Assembly: GCA_965219415.1 (NCBI GenBank)
Contig: CBDCNP010000002.1
Span: forward strand, 4,096,001 to 4,160,000
Source of the DNA: Candidatus Marinacidobacterales bacterium
Lineage (GTDB): Bacteria; Acidobacteriota; Vicinamibacteria; Marinacidobacterales; DATDRI01
Length of the DNA stretch: 64,000 nt
Direction: 5' to 3'
Part shown: one piece after another, positions 1 to 10,534 of the stretch
Layout of the letters: each line of letters starts with the position of its first letter
How positions within the stretch are numbered: the first letter of the stretch is position 1
Notes under the pieces: generated by a model
What the model was told of the DNA's origin: nothing
Seen by the model: the letters and a program-made list of their open reading frames with translations, nothing else
Databases searched by the model: none
Position numbers and translations under genes: made by a program

Positions 1-1093
1 GGTGCAGCTCTTTGAGCTCCCACGACACGGTCTCCGGGGCGTTCCGGCGGAGGTACTCCGAAAGCTGCTCATAGACCTCGCCGCTGTCCTGGTTGGGGAC
101 GAGCCGCGTCGAGATCTTCGCCAGCGCCCGTGCCGGGATCACCGTTTTCGCACCTTCGCCAGTGAATCCACCGGTTACTCCGCAAATTTCGAGCGTCGGG
201 CGCGCACCGACTCTCTCCAGGGTCGAATAGCCTTTTTCGCCCCAAAGCGCGGAGACGCCGGTCTCCTCTTTCCATTCTTGGTCGGAATACGGGACTCGGA
301 GAATCGCCTCCCGCTCTTTCGCGGTCAAGTCCCGAACTTTGTCGTAAAAGCCCGGCAAGTTTACATGCCCATCCTCGTCGTGCATCCCGGCGATGAGATC
401 GCAGAGTACCTGGAGAGGGTTGTGAACCGCACCGCCGAAGACACCAGAATGTAGATCTTTCTTTGGGCCTCTTACTTCGAGCTCGTAGAACGCATTGCCT
501 CGCAACGAAACATCTAAGGCGGGGAGCTCTGGATTTTCAATAGGCGAATCGCAAACCAAGACCGCATCGCAGTCGAGTCTCTTCCGGTGATTGTCTAGAA
601 ACCCGGGAAGCCCCGGCGAGCCGATTTCTTCCTCCCCTTCCCAAAGGAGCTTCAAGTTCACCGGCAGCCCGCCGTGTGTCATCAAGGCCTCTACCGCCTG
701 GAGGAACGAGATGATCTGCCCTTTCATGTCCGCGGCCCCGCGCGCGAAGATGTCGTCGCCGCGAATCGTCGGTTGAAACGGATCGCTCGTCCATTCGTCG
801 ATGGGATCGACGGGTTGTACGTCGTAGTGGCCGTAGACGACCACCGTCGGCTTGCCGGGAGATTTCAAACACTCGCCATAGACTACCGGGTGGCGCTCCG
901 TCGGCACGAGCTCGACGCCGTCGAAGCCAAGAGTGCGCAGGCGGTTCGCGAGCCAATCGGCGGCGCGTTGAACGTCTGGTTGATGCTCGGTCAACGTCGA
1001 GATGCTCGGTATCGCAAGAAATTCCTTCAGCTTCGAGAGATGCGCCCCCCGGTTGAACTTGGCTGAGGCGATCGCGGCGTCGATGTCGGTCAT
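1..1093 (-). CDS. M20 family metallo-dipeptidase (ArgE/DapE-like), runs off window edge
   Basis: Not in the ORF track because it has no stop in the window. Manual translation from ATG 1093 gives MTDIDAAIASAK...YGHYDVQP...ARGAADMKG...WEGEEEIGS...DLHSGVFGG...GFTGEGAKTVIP, which are M20 zinc-binding motifs. Confidence 0.9.
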   Translation of the reverse strand, partial: MTDIDAAIASAKFNRGAHLSKLKEFLAIPSISTLTEHQPDVQRAADWLANRLRTLGFDGVELVPTERHPVVYGECLKSPGKPTVVVYGHYDVQPVDPIDEWTSDPFQPTIRGDDIFARGAADMKGQIISFLQAVEALMTHGGLPVNLKLLWEGEEEIGSPGLPGFLDNHRKRLDCDAVLVCDSPIENPELPALDVSLRGNAFYELEVRGPKKDLHSGVFGGAVHNPLQVLCDLIAGMHDEDGHVNLPGFYDKVRDLTAKEREAILRVPYSDQEWKEETGVSALWGEKGYSTLERVGARPTLEICGVTGGFTGEGAKTVIPARALAKISTRLVPNQDSGEVYEQLSEYLRRNAPETVSWELKELH

Positions 1094-1101
1094 TTTCCAC
1101 T

Positions 1102-2973
1102 CTACTCCACGAAGGCCGGGCTCGACCACGCGACGCCACCGTCTTCTTGAACGACCCGTACGTAGACGTACTCACCCGTGGTGAGCCCGTCTAGCGCCAG
1201 AGGCCCGCCCCAGTCGCGCCGTCCTTCGCCGGGCAGGCTTTCGACAACCGTACCGCTCCGAATCACGTCCACGCGATCGATGGGCGCGGTGCCGGCGACG
1301 GCAAAGCGAGACCCTTCATCGAGCCAGAAGCGAAGCCAGATGCGGGGTCCGTTCGTCGCATAGACGCGGCGCGCTCGCAGCGCTTCGAGAACACTTTCAC
1401 GCGTGAGGTTCTCGGAAAAGATAGCCGCCAGGCCGCCGCTCGGTGCGGCGAGATGAGCGAGCCCGGGATGGCCGTCGTGGCTGTCGCCGCTCCCAATGAA
1501 GCCGAACTGAACGCCACGGTCGAGAACGTCCCGCACGAAGTTCCCCGGCACCGCAGTGTAGATCTTGCCCGGCGAGTCCGCGGCTTCGCTGCTTCCGTGC
1601 ACCGATACGACTTCGGTCACCGGCTCCAACACCGGATCCGGCACGAAATCCCAATTGGTCGAGACCGGACCGCCCGCCGAGTGATGCGCGATGGTAATCG
1701 CCGCACGTCCTGAAAGGGCCTCCCATAGCTGGGCCGGCGTCTCGTAGGCGGGATCGAGCGAGCTCAGGATCTCCCCACCCTCTTCGAAATAGAGCACGTG
1801 GCGGTGGCCGTGAAGCCAATTGGTCCACTCGTAGCCGTCGATTACGATGAACCGGCCTGGTTCGTCGTACCGGCGCCCCACTTCTCGGATCTGCTCCCAT
1901 AGGTCCGGGCTCTGATCGAGAAAGCGCATCCCCCAGTGGTCGTGGTCGGTGAGCGAGACGACGTCGAGCGCCGCGACGTCGCGGGCATACCAGAAGTAGT
2001 CGTCCGGCGTTCCCGTGCCGTCCGAAAGCTGTGAGTGCCCGTGAAGATCCCCCCACAAGATGCGCGGAATGCCCTCGCGTACGACCAGCGGGTTGCTCTC
2101 GGAAACCATTTCACCGGCTGCCCCCATGACGCGATACACTCCCGGCTCTCCGACCATGAAGTCCAAATCACCCACTCCCCGATCGGAGAGCGCAAGCTCT
2201 CCCGGTAGCTCCAGGGTGGATGGACCGACCAGCTCGACGCGCCCTTCGAAGTCGACTCCAGCGTTTCCGAGGCCATCGAGGATTGCGATGGTCAATCGAA
2301 CCCGATCGCCCGGGCGCGCGGTGCTCGGCAGCGTGAGCACGAGCAGCGCTGCCGGACCCGCCGCGACATCCACCGCCGGGACATTCTTTATTAATGAACG
2401 CACACCGTCGCCGTCCCCATCCACGGCAAGCCAGATGGGTGCGCGCGACTCCGCGTAGCGATCCACTCGAGCACCGGCGGGACCCGCGCCGTACACGATC
2501 CGGACGCGCTCGCCCTCTGCGAGAGCCCGCCCGCGAATCGCTATCGCGAGAAGATCATCGCCCGGTGCCGTGGTCTCGAGCTCGACCCCGGGAGCGTCGG
2601 TTTCGACCTCGGTGTAGCCCGGCGCATCGCTGATTCGGATCTGCGGCGGATCCCAGCCCCAAAACGGCGAAGGCAGAAGAAAGAGCGTGCCTCCTTCCGC
2701 GATCCCGTGAGGCCCGGCTTCGTAGACGATCTCGAAGCGGTGCCGGCTCCCGACCATGACCGGTGCGCGCAGCTCCTCGTCAAGAAACGCTCGGCCCCCG
2801 CCGTCCGACGCATGACGTACCCTCTCGAGATCCTCGCGCAATTCTTCGTGTATCGAGGTCTTCGCGTCCGGCGATAACGTCTCGGCCTTCTCCGAAGCGC
2901 AGGAGGCGAGGGTGAGGGCCAAGAGTGCGAATCGAAAACGGTGCATCTTCGCGTATGTGTCGTCCGCCCTCAC
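1102..2973 (-). CDS. DUF3604 / CehA-McbA-like PHP-fold metallohydrolase, probable lipoprotein
   Basis: Motifs WGDLHGHSQLSDG, LTDHD, GYEWT, GHRHV, GFIGSGDSHDGHPG and ARRVYATNG; N-terminal LASC lipobox. Confidence 0.8.
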   Translation of the reverse strand: MRADDTYAKMHRFRFALLALTLASCASEKAETLSPDAKTSIHEELREDLERVRHASDGGGRAFLDEELRAPVMVGSRHRFEIVYEAGPHGIAEGGTLFLLPSPFWGWDPPQIRISDAPGYTEVETDAPGVELETTAPGDDLLAIAIRGRALAEGERVRIVYGAGPAGARVDRYAESRAPIWLAVDGDGDGVRSLIKNVPAVDVAAGPAALLVLTLPSTARPGDRVRLTIAILDGLGNAGVDFEGRVELVGPSTLELPGELALSDRGVGDLDFMVGEPGVYRVMGAAGEMVSESNPLVVREGIPRILWGDLHGHSQLSDGTGTPDDYFWYARDVAALDVVSLTDHDHWGMRFLDQSPDLWEQIREVGRRYDEPGRFIVIDGYEWTNWLHGHRHVLYFEEGGEILSSLDPAYETPAQLWEALSGRAAITIAHHSAGGPVSTNWDFVPDPVLEPVTEVVSVHGSSEAADSPGKIYTAVPGNFVRDVLDRGVQFGFIGSGDSHDGHPGLAHLAAPSGGLAAIFSENLTRESVLEALRARRVYATNGPRIWLRFWLDEGSRFAVAGTAPIDRVDVIRSGTVVESLPGEGRRDWGGPLALDGLTTGEYVYVRVVQEDGGVAWSSPAFVE

Positions 2974-3530
2974 TGCACGTAGCCGAGGCTGCGCAAACGC
3001 TCTAGCTCTTCGCTACTCACCCCCTCGGTGAGCTCGGCATCGCTGTGCAGGCGACGTGCGCCCACCCATCGCCCCCACGCCTCGAGGTGTCCCTTGAGCT
3101 CCTCTACTTTGTCGGGATGCTCGGACGCGAGGTTGACGAAATTGAGTGGGTCGTCGCGCTGGTCAAAGAGCTCGTACTCTGGGCGATCCTCGGGACGTTC
3201 CTTATTGTGGATCAACTTCCAGCCTTCCCAGACCATCGCGGTGCCGTTAGCCGTGTCCGGGTCACGCATGGCCTCGTTCCTCGTACGCTCCGAGACGGCA
3301 GGCCGGCGCCGCCATCCCTGGGCCCGGCCCCGATCCTCGGCGGACATGAGGGGCATCAGACTCTGCCCTTGCATGGCGTCGGGAATCGGAAGCCCGGAAA
3401 GCGCGATGAGCGTGGGTGCAAGGTCGATGGACTGCACCGTCTCTTCGATGACTTTCCCGGACGGCACACGATCGGGGCCCCACAGGATCAGCGGGACATT
3501 GGTCATCTCACCGTAGATATTGTTCGAGTT
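2970..3530 (-). pseudogene. C-terminal fragment of a sulfatase
   Basis: IYGEMTNVPLI...DLAPTL...MQGQSL...WKLI...ELFD...DP...NLA...LRSLGYV. The N-terminal catalytic CxPxR half is absent; homology stops at about 3525. Confidence 0.8.
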
Positions 3531-3564
3531 GAAGCAACTTGTTTCGGCCGTCATTTTTCCGCCC

Positions 3565-3593
3565 TTGACTACTATCTGGGCATAACATATTAC
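3565..3593 (+). promoter_or_regulatory. possible sigma70-type promoter of the proline racemase operon
   Basis: TTGACT-N17-TATTAC upstream of the GGAG RBS and ATG 3608. Confidence 0.3.
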
Positions 3594-3607
3594 TCGTTCG
3601 GAGCATC

Positions 3608-4609
3608 ATGGCGAAAGACACGCTCATCACCACCGTCGACTCTCACACCGCGGGAGAGCCCACGCGGGTCATCACCGAAGGCCTGCCGGCGATTCCAGGC
3701 GACACCGTCGGTCAACAGATGACTTATTTCCGGGAGAATTTGGACCACATCCGCACCGCTCTTCTCCACGAGCCCAGGGGCAATCGACACTTGGTGGGCG
3801 CGGTCGTCTTACCATCGACTCGTCCAGACGCCGACTTCGGAGCCTTTTATCTGGATCACAGCCGTTGTTTCAGCATGTGCGGTCACGCCACGATTGGGAT
3901 AGGGGTGACGCTCGTCAAGACTGGTCGTATCGAGGCCGTCGAGCCCGAGACCAAGGTGGTCCTCGACACCCCCGCCGGCCTGGTGACCATACGTCTCGGG
4001 GTCGAGGACGGACGCGCCGTGAGCGGCACTCTGACCAACGTGCCCTGCTTTCTCCATACGAAAGATATTCCGGTGAGTCTCGAAAACCGGAGCCTATCCG
4101 TTGATATGGCCTACGGCGGAAGCTTCTTCGTGGTGGCGCGAGCCGAAGATCTGGATGTAGAGATTCGACCGAAGAACATTCCGAAGCTCGCGCGCTTTTC
4201 GAGCCTCATCGCGGGTGAGGTTTCAAAGACAATGACTCCGACTCATCCGGAGTATGACGGGCCCGGTTTCGAAAACCTTGTCTACTTCCACGGCGATGCG
4301 CGTGGCTCGAGCGCCGACTACCGAAGCCTCGCTGTGGGAGGTAGCGGGAACTTCGACCGCTCTCCGTGCGGGACCGGAACCTCCGCTCGTCTCGCTGCGC
4401 TTTACGCCCGCGGTGAGCTCGGCCCAGGGGAAGTGCTGCGCGTCGAGAGCGTCATCGGCACATCGTTCGAAGCCAAGATTGCCGAGGTGTGCAAAGTGGG
4501 AGACTTCCCTGCTGTCGTCCCGGAGATCACAACCTCTGCCTTCGTCACCGGGTACCATCAATTCCTCATCGATCCCGAAGACCCCCTGAAAGACGGGTTC
4601 CTCCTATAG
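3608..4609 (+). CDS. proline racemase / 4-hydroxyproline epimerase family protein
   Basis: Motifs DSHTAGEPTR, EPRG, SMCGH, YGG and DRSPCGTGTSA with both catalytic cysteines. Confidence 0.92.
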   Translation: MAKDTLITTVDSHTAGEPTRVITEGLPAIPGDTVGQQMTYFRENLDHIRTALLHEPRGNRHLVGAVVLPSTRPDADFGAFYLDHSRCFSMCGHATIGIGVTLVKTGRIEAVEPETKVVLDTPAGLVTIRLGVEDGRAVSGTLTNVPCFLHTKDIPVSLENRSLSVDMAYGGSFFVVARAEDLDVEIRPKNIPKLARFSSLIAGEVSKTMTPTHPEYDGPGFENLVYFHGDARGSSADYRSLAVGGSGNFDRSPCGTGTSARLAALYARGELGPGEVLRVESVIGTSFEAKIAEVCKVGDFPAVVPEITTSAFVTGYHQFLIDPEDPLKDGFLL

Positions 4610-4611
4610 AT

Positions 4612-4725
4612 GTGAACGAGCTCGTTTCCATCATCTTTAGCCTCACCCCCATCGCTCTTGCGATTGGCATCGGGATCTGGCGCCGTCGACAAATCCTCCG
4701 CCAAGAAGAACGAGACGGCCATTGA
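4612..4725 (+). CDS. 37-aa single-TM small protein, probable symporter accessory subunit
   Basis: GTG start 2 nt after the racemase stop; MNELVSIIFSLTPIALAIGIGIWRRRQILRQEERDGH; its stop overlaps the symporter start. Confidence 0.6.
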   Translation: MNELVSIIFSLTPIALAIGIGIWRRRQILRQEERDGH

Positions 4726-6188
4726 GCATCGAGCTCGCCGTTTTCTTGGCCTATCTCCTAGGCCTCCTGGCCTTCGGGTTCTATTTCTACGGCAAGACCA
4801 AAGGCGTCGATGACTACTACGTCGCCGGCCGCGGGCTCGGCCGATGGGTGCTGGCTTTTACGCACGAAGCGAGTGATCTCTCCGGCTTTCTGCTCCTGGC
4901 ACTCCCCGGATTCGCTTACCTCTTTGGGATGGCGGGCGCTTGGATGGTCTGGACCGGAACCACGGGCGTGCTCTTCGTTTTCGCCATCAACTCGGTTGCG
5001 GTGCGCCGTTTCGGCCTGCGCTACGGCGCGATTACCGTCCCCGACATTCTCGAGACCCGCTATTACGATGAAGAGAAGAAACACCTTCGCATCGTCAGCG
5101 TAGTCTTCATCGTCACCTGCACGTTTCTCTACGTGAGCGCCCAATGCATGGCCGCGGGCAAGATTCTCGAGCTCGCCTTCGGGCTCGACTACACGATGGG
5201 TGTCTTGCTGGGCGGGAGCGTGATTCTGATCTACACCGCCATGGGAGGCATGCGCGCCGTTGCTTGGACCGATTTCGTGCAGGGGATCCTCATGATCGTG
5301 GGCGTCGTTCTCGCCTGCGTCCTGGCGGTTCGCGCAGCAGGAGGCATCAGTGGCGTCTTCGCCGGGCTTCGAGCGATCGACCCAAGCCTGACGACGCCTT
5401 TTCCCGATTCCACGATGGTGCTGATGGGGATAGGGTTCATTCTCGGCGGAGGTTCCTTCTCGTATCTCGGCCAGCCGCACCTTCAAATGCGTTATCTCTC
5501 CGCTCGCTCCAACCGAGATCTAGCCGACGCGCTGGTCGTCTCTCTCGTCATCGTCTCGATCTTCGCCTTCGGCGCGTTCGTGGCAGGCGCCGCGGGAAGA
5601 GTGATCTATCCCGAGTTGAGCATGCTACCCGGCGCGAGCAACGAGAACATTCTTCTTCACCTCTTCAGCGATCAGTTTCCCGGTCTCCTGAGCGGGCTCT
5701 TGCTGGCGGCGACGATGGCCGCCCTGATGTCGAGCGCCGACTCGTGGCTTCTCGTCTCCTCGAGTGGAGTGGCACGAGATCTCTACCAAAAAGTCCTGAG
5801 ACCCGACGCGAGCGAAGAGACGATGCTTCGTGTCAGCCGCTACGCGACTGCGGGTATCGCCGTGCTTGGAATCCTCACCGCACTCATCCCGCGCTCGATC
5901 ATGTGGGCGGTCTGGCTTCCGTGGGGTGGGCTGGCCCAGTTCGGACCCGTGCTCGTCTTGGGTATGTACTGGAAACGAGCGACGCGGAAGGCCGCTTTGG
6001 CGAGTCTCGTGTCTGGATTCGCGGTGAACATGGGCTGGTACCTGCTGGGCTGGCACGAGATCCTGAACCAGGCGGTGCCGGGAATGATCGTGGGGGTTAC
6101 TGTCTTGATCGCAGTCTCGCTCGCGGACGAGCCGCCGCCGAAGGAGATTGATGGCCTGGTCGAGTACGTGCGCAGCGGCCGAAGTTGA
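4722..6188 (+). CDS. putP: sodium:proline (solute) symporter, SSS family
   Basis: About 13 TM segments; DYYVAGRGLG, ASDLSG, GGMRAVAWTDFVQG, GQPH, AALMSSADS. Confidence 0.85.
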   Translation: MSIELAVFLAYLLGLLAFGFYFYGKTKGVDDYYVAGRGLGRWVLAFTHEASDLSGFLLLALPGFAYLFGMAGAWMVWTGTTGVLFVFAINSVAVRRFGLRYGAITVPDILETRYYDEEKKHLRIVSVVFIVTCTFLYVSAQCMAAGKILELAFGLDYTMGVLLGGSVILIYTAMGGMRAVAWTDFVQGILMIVGVVLACVLAVRAAGGISGVFAGLRAIDPSLTTPFPDSTMVLMGIGFILGGGSFSYLGQPHLQMRYLSARSNRDLADALVVSLVIVSIFAFGAFVAGAAGRVIYPELSMLPGASNENILLHLFSDQFPGLLSGLLLAATMAALMSSADSWLLVSSSGVARDLYQKVLRPDASEETMLRVSRYATAGIAVLGILTALIPRSIMWAVWLPWGGLAQFGPVLVLGMYWKRATRKAALASLVSGFAVNMGWYLLGWHEILNQAVPGMIVGVTVLIAVSLADEPPPKEIDGLVEYVRSGRS

Positions 6189-6781
6189 AACTTTGTCCGG
6201 ACGAGGTTTGCTCGAAGTTATTGGTCGGAACGAGACGCTTCAGCTCTTCGAACCAGTTGACCACCACTTGAACGCTGCCGCCAGCGGTGGACTCTTCCTT
6301 GATCATCACGAATCGCTGGCCGTCATTCGTGACGTCGTAGTTGGGGATCGTCAGGTTCGTCGCGAAGGCGTAGTTCCCCTCGAAGACGAGCACCGGCCTC
6401 GATGCTGCTAGCCCCGCTTCGCTTCCGACCGAGGCGCTCAACACGCGCGTACCGTTGCGGTAAAAGAGCTCCCCCCCGCGTTGAAAACGATGTGCTTGCC
6501 GTCCGAGGCACACCTGGTAGAGGACGTCCACGTGCTCGGACGTGAGCGGTGTGAAGACGCCCCGTCTCAGATCCAGAGTCCAGAGGAGTCCGCCGACCCT
6601 GACCGATAGATGGTGGCCGTCCGGGGAGAGCCTTGGGTTTTCGTACGCCCGCGTGATATCCGTGATGGCTTCTTCTCGTCCCTCCCGATCGACCCAGACC
6701 AGCCGGGCCGGGCGTCCCGCTGCGTAGACCGGGTTCGAGGATTTCGTAGGGTCCGAAACGGCTACCAGCGCTGAGAGCCAC
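6189..6781 (-). pseudogene. collapsed Ser/Thr kinase-TolB-like propeller gene (internal deletions)
   Basis: Kinase start MALSAGSRFGPYEILEP joined to propeller pieces (LVWVDREG...PRLSPDG; ELFYRNG...YDVTNDGQRF...VVVNWFEELKRLVPT) in shifting frames. Confidence 0.75.
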
Positions 6782-6784
6782 GAG

Positions 6785-6843
6785 CCCTCACCCTACCCTC
6801 TCCCAGAGGGAGAGGGTTTTAAGGAAGGAAGCCAGCATCATTA
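6785..6843. repeat. REP-like palindrome, copy 1
   Basis: CCCTCACCCTACCCTCTCCCAGAGGGAGAGGG (hairpin CCCTCTCCC-AGA-GGGAGAGGG), identical at 34045, followed by a conserved GGAAGCCA(G/A)CATCA tail. Confidence 0.8.
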
Positions 6844-6900
6844 TGCTGAAAATAGCCCTTCACACGCTGTGAAGTCAAAGGGGGCGCTTACGCGCAAAGG

Positions 6901-7330
6901 CTACTTTGATTCGAGATGCTTGCGGCCCTCGGCAATCAGCGGGAGGACGTCATTCTTACCCACGAACTCGTAGACCGTCAGTCCTTTTCGCAGCAAAGCA
7001 ACCTCGCCCTTCATCGTTCTCAACTTTGTCATCAATTTGTCGGCATTCGCTTGGTCCGGGGTGATGATGACGTTGAGCTGGAACGCTTTTTCCGTTCACG
7101 TCATAGAGAGTGTTTCGGAGGCTACTGAGCTTCACACCCAGGTTTCGAGCGATTGGCTTGGCCTGCTCCGCAGGGACATCAAAGTCCGAGACGACCTTCC
7201 ACTCGGCGGGCATTTCCGGAGCCGGTGGCGCGCTCTTTATTGCTTCGCTGCCATCGGCCGAACATGCCGCAAAACCAAAGAGAATCCCTAAGTGCCGCGA
7301 GCCACAACATTTTGGTTCTTTTGTACACAA
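6901..7330 (-). CDS. hypothetical exported/lipoprotein, frameshifted near 7085
   Basis: ORF 6956-7330 (FAAC lipobox-like) continues in another frame as QLNVIITPDQANADKLM...YEFVGKNDVLPLIAEGRKHLESK* ending at 6901. Confidence 0.55.
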
Positions 7331-7348
7331 CTCACCTCCCTCTAATGT

Positions 7349-10300
7349 CTACGACGATGGTTTCTGGTCCGCGAATGAGTGCCGGAGCTGCGCCACATAC
7401 GCCTTCCCGTGACGGGCCGCGAGAGCTAGGCCGACGAGCACTGAGACCACCATGGGGAGCGTGGCGCTCACATGGTAGAAACCGATGGTGATGAGCAAAA
7501 TGACCGCACCGACGCCGGCGAGCGCCAGGGCACGCCGCGGTTCCACGCGCGCGTCTCCGCGTCGCGAGAGCCAGATGCCGGTCCAGAAGAGCCCGATGCC
7601 CAACAGGTTCACGGGCTGCCCGGTGAACGCCCCCCCGGCGGACGCGTAGGGCACGGAAAACCATGCATCATGGTCCGCTTGGTTGGCGTAGAGTTTTTCG
7701 AAAGCGTAGTGCACGCCCGATGTGGGAACCGTGATACGAAGCGGCTCCAGCGTTTGCTGCACCCCAGCCGCGTCCCCGAGCTTGGCGAACTCCGCCTCGA
7801 GCTCGCTCGCGGAGACCAGCGCCCCGACCCTCACGATATCCATGTTCGTTGACGGGGCTCCATAGCGCATCTCGGCCGGGAGAAACGCGTCCCAACGAGA
7901 TTCGGTCACCAGGATGTCTGGGCGCGGCAGGGAGGCCGTGACTTTGCCGAGGCGACGGATCCCAGAGCCCTCGGTGGCATAGACGATCTGGACCGGGAAA
8001 CCTCGGGTCGAGTTGACGATCTTGATAAGAACGCTCGACGACTCCTCTTCATCCTCACCGTCGGAGCGAGCGGGGTTCTCCGGCTTTCCGTTTACGAAGA
8101 CCGACCAGATCTGCGATCCCTCCGGAAGCCGTACACGCAGGAATTGCTTGCGGCTGTTTCGCACGACGAAGTGCGCGGTCGTTACGAAGAGTCCGTCTCG
8201 TGTAAAGAGCGTTCGGTACTCGGCACGGTCGATGACCGCTTCTTGCGTACCGAGGACGCGATGGCGGGTCACGCTGAGCGCCAAGCGGTGAGGTGGATCG
8301 GCATGGACGTACTTGTAGGCCAAGAGGATAGGGTTGGTGGTCCGTAGAACAAGCTGCTGAGGAAGCTCTTTGATGTCGAGCGCGGAGAGTTGCTCGGTTG
8401 TGGCAGGCTGGACCTCCACCGCACTCAAGGCCTCGACGGCGATGCGGCCTTGTTCCACCTCGGCGCCCCGAACCGTCAACGTCGGGACCTCGACTTCGGA
8501 CGCATCATCGACCAGGATACGTTCGTAAGTAAGCTCGATACGGAATTGCCCTTCCATTTCTTGCGTGAACTCGATGCTGACGAGCTGCGCGTTGTCTTGC
8601 GGATTGACCGCGTAGGTGCGTAGCGACGGGGCGGTGAGACTCAAGAGGTTGATCCCCTGCGGAAGCTCGAGCTCGAGCGTGCTGACTCGACCCGACTTCA
8701 AGTGAATCTCCAAACTCGCCGCCCCCGTCAAGGTCACCTCACCGAGAGAGATCAGCGTGTCGACCTGAGCATCGAACTTACCTTGCACCACTTCCGGGGT
8801 CGACGTTTCGACCATGACCCGAGGGAGCGCATCGGCGTACTTGAACGTGTGGGCGACGGTCATCGTCACTTCGTCTCGGACGAAAGCGGGAAGTTGGTTC
8901 TCGCCCACCCGCGTCGCTTGAGTCTCGTCCGGCTCGCCCACTGGTCTCAAGGCGAGGTCGTGACTGGCCAGAAGTGCCAGCATCCCCTTTTGCCGCTGCA
9001 CACCCAACGCCTGGAAGAGTGGTGCCTGGATGCCGGCTTGCTCGGCACTGGGCGCTAGCGAGCGGTCGTAGAAAATGTCGAACAGAAGCTGTCCTTTCAG
9101 CTGGCGGTCGAGAAAAACCGTCACCGTCCGGGCGGCGCCCCGGCGAACCGGGTTGAGCCGCCAGTCTGCCACCGCGCCCGACTCTGCGCTGATGCGATTG
9201 ATCTGAACGTCATTCGGTACCGCGAGCTCGATCACATGCGTCTCGCCGCGATTGACCTCGTACTGCACCGTAACCCTACCGTTGAGCACGCCTTCTTCCG
9301 CATGAAGAACATGATAGAGAGAGGCATTCGAACGCACCTCGGCCTTGATGTCCTCCGGCACCGCTTCCGACCAGGCGAAAGACACCTGGCCGGTGAGAGG
9401 CACATGAACCGTGGCTATCGTGGATCCACCCCGGATCCGGCTTCTGATGCTGGCGGCCGGCGTTACGGTGAGCTCCTTTTTTCCGGGAAGCGTCAGGTCG
9501 AAGCGTGAGACGGGTACCGGAGGAACCTGGAGATTCACGCGCAGGGGGGCCATCCCCGCTTAGCACCGACACCTGAAACTCAACGACGACACTGTGTACG
9601 CCGCGTCCTCTCACCAGAGTCACGAAACGATCGCCTTCTACCAAAATAGGAGCGTCCTTCCCGTCAACCTTCAGGTTGCTCATCGTGACGCTTCGCGGCA
9701 GAAGAGAGAGCGTCGCCGTCTCGTCGCTGAAGAGCTCGACGCTGAGTTTTCCTGACCAGTCCACGGCGTTTCCGACCAGACGGCCGGAATAGCTCGCTCG
9801 GCTGACGGTGTGTCCTCTCCGAGCGGGGGTGCGCCAGGAAATCTGCACACCGGACGTCGTGGGGATCGTCGCGCTGACTCTCGTGGTCTGGCCGCTTTGG
9901 GAGAACTTGACTCCCGCTGCCGGGATGACAGCCACGTCGAGCCCGCTGCCGGGAAGACTCGCCGTCAACTGAGTGGCTGCCGCCTGGGGCAACGGCACCG
10001 CCAAGGTAAAACCATTGTCGGAGCGCATCGCATCGACTCGGTACAAGAGGTTCATGTTGTAGGAACCTGATTTCTTGGTGCTCCAGGCGAGTCCGTCGGG
10101 CGTCGCAAGCAATTGGATAGGGTTTCCGCCTATCGTGGCGGCTTCGACCGGAGTGCCGGCGGGCAAGACCGGTACCAGGACCCAATCGTCCTCGAGGACG
10201 TCGATCGCAAGATCCACGCGAATCTGCCCGCTGACGCGCGGCTCGGTGGCGGCGACTTGAACGGTGACTCGCGCGTTACCGAGCGCGTAGCTAGCGGGCG

Positions 10301-10496
10301 CCGGACGCGGCAGTCGCGACGGGTCGCGCGACTTCTCGAGCAAAGCCTTGTAGACCTCCAACGGAAGCTGAACCTGCCCTGTCTTGTCATCCTTAGTTGG
10401 TTCGGCTTGCTCGGCTCCCGCAGCTTCCTTTGCCGGGCTCAGCGGAAGCAAGAGCAACAAGAGAGCCAGCAAGAGTGTTTGGATCTTCATCGTCAA
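7349..10496 (-). CDS. giant (~1050 aa) exported, C-terminally membrane-anchored hypothetical protein; frameshift in a G-run at about 9545
   Basis: ORFs 9276-10496 (signal peptide) and 7349-9553 join at VLSGDGPP/LRVNLQVPP; repeated beta-rich modules; about 3 C-terminal TM helices. Confidence 0.75.
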
Positions 10497-10534
10497 TACC
10501 TCGCGTCTTTAGTCGCTTGCCGTAGCATTCGACA

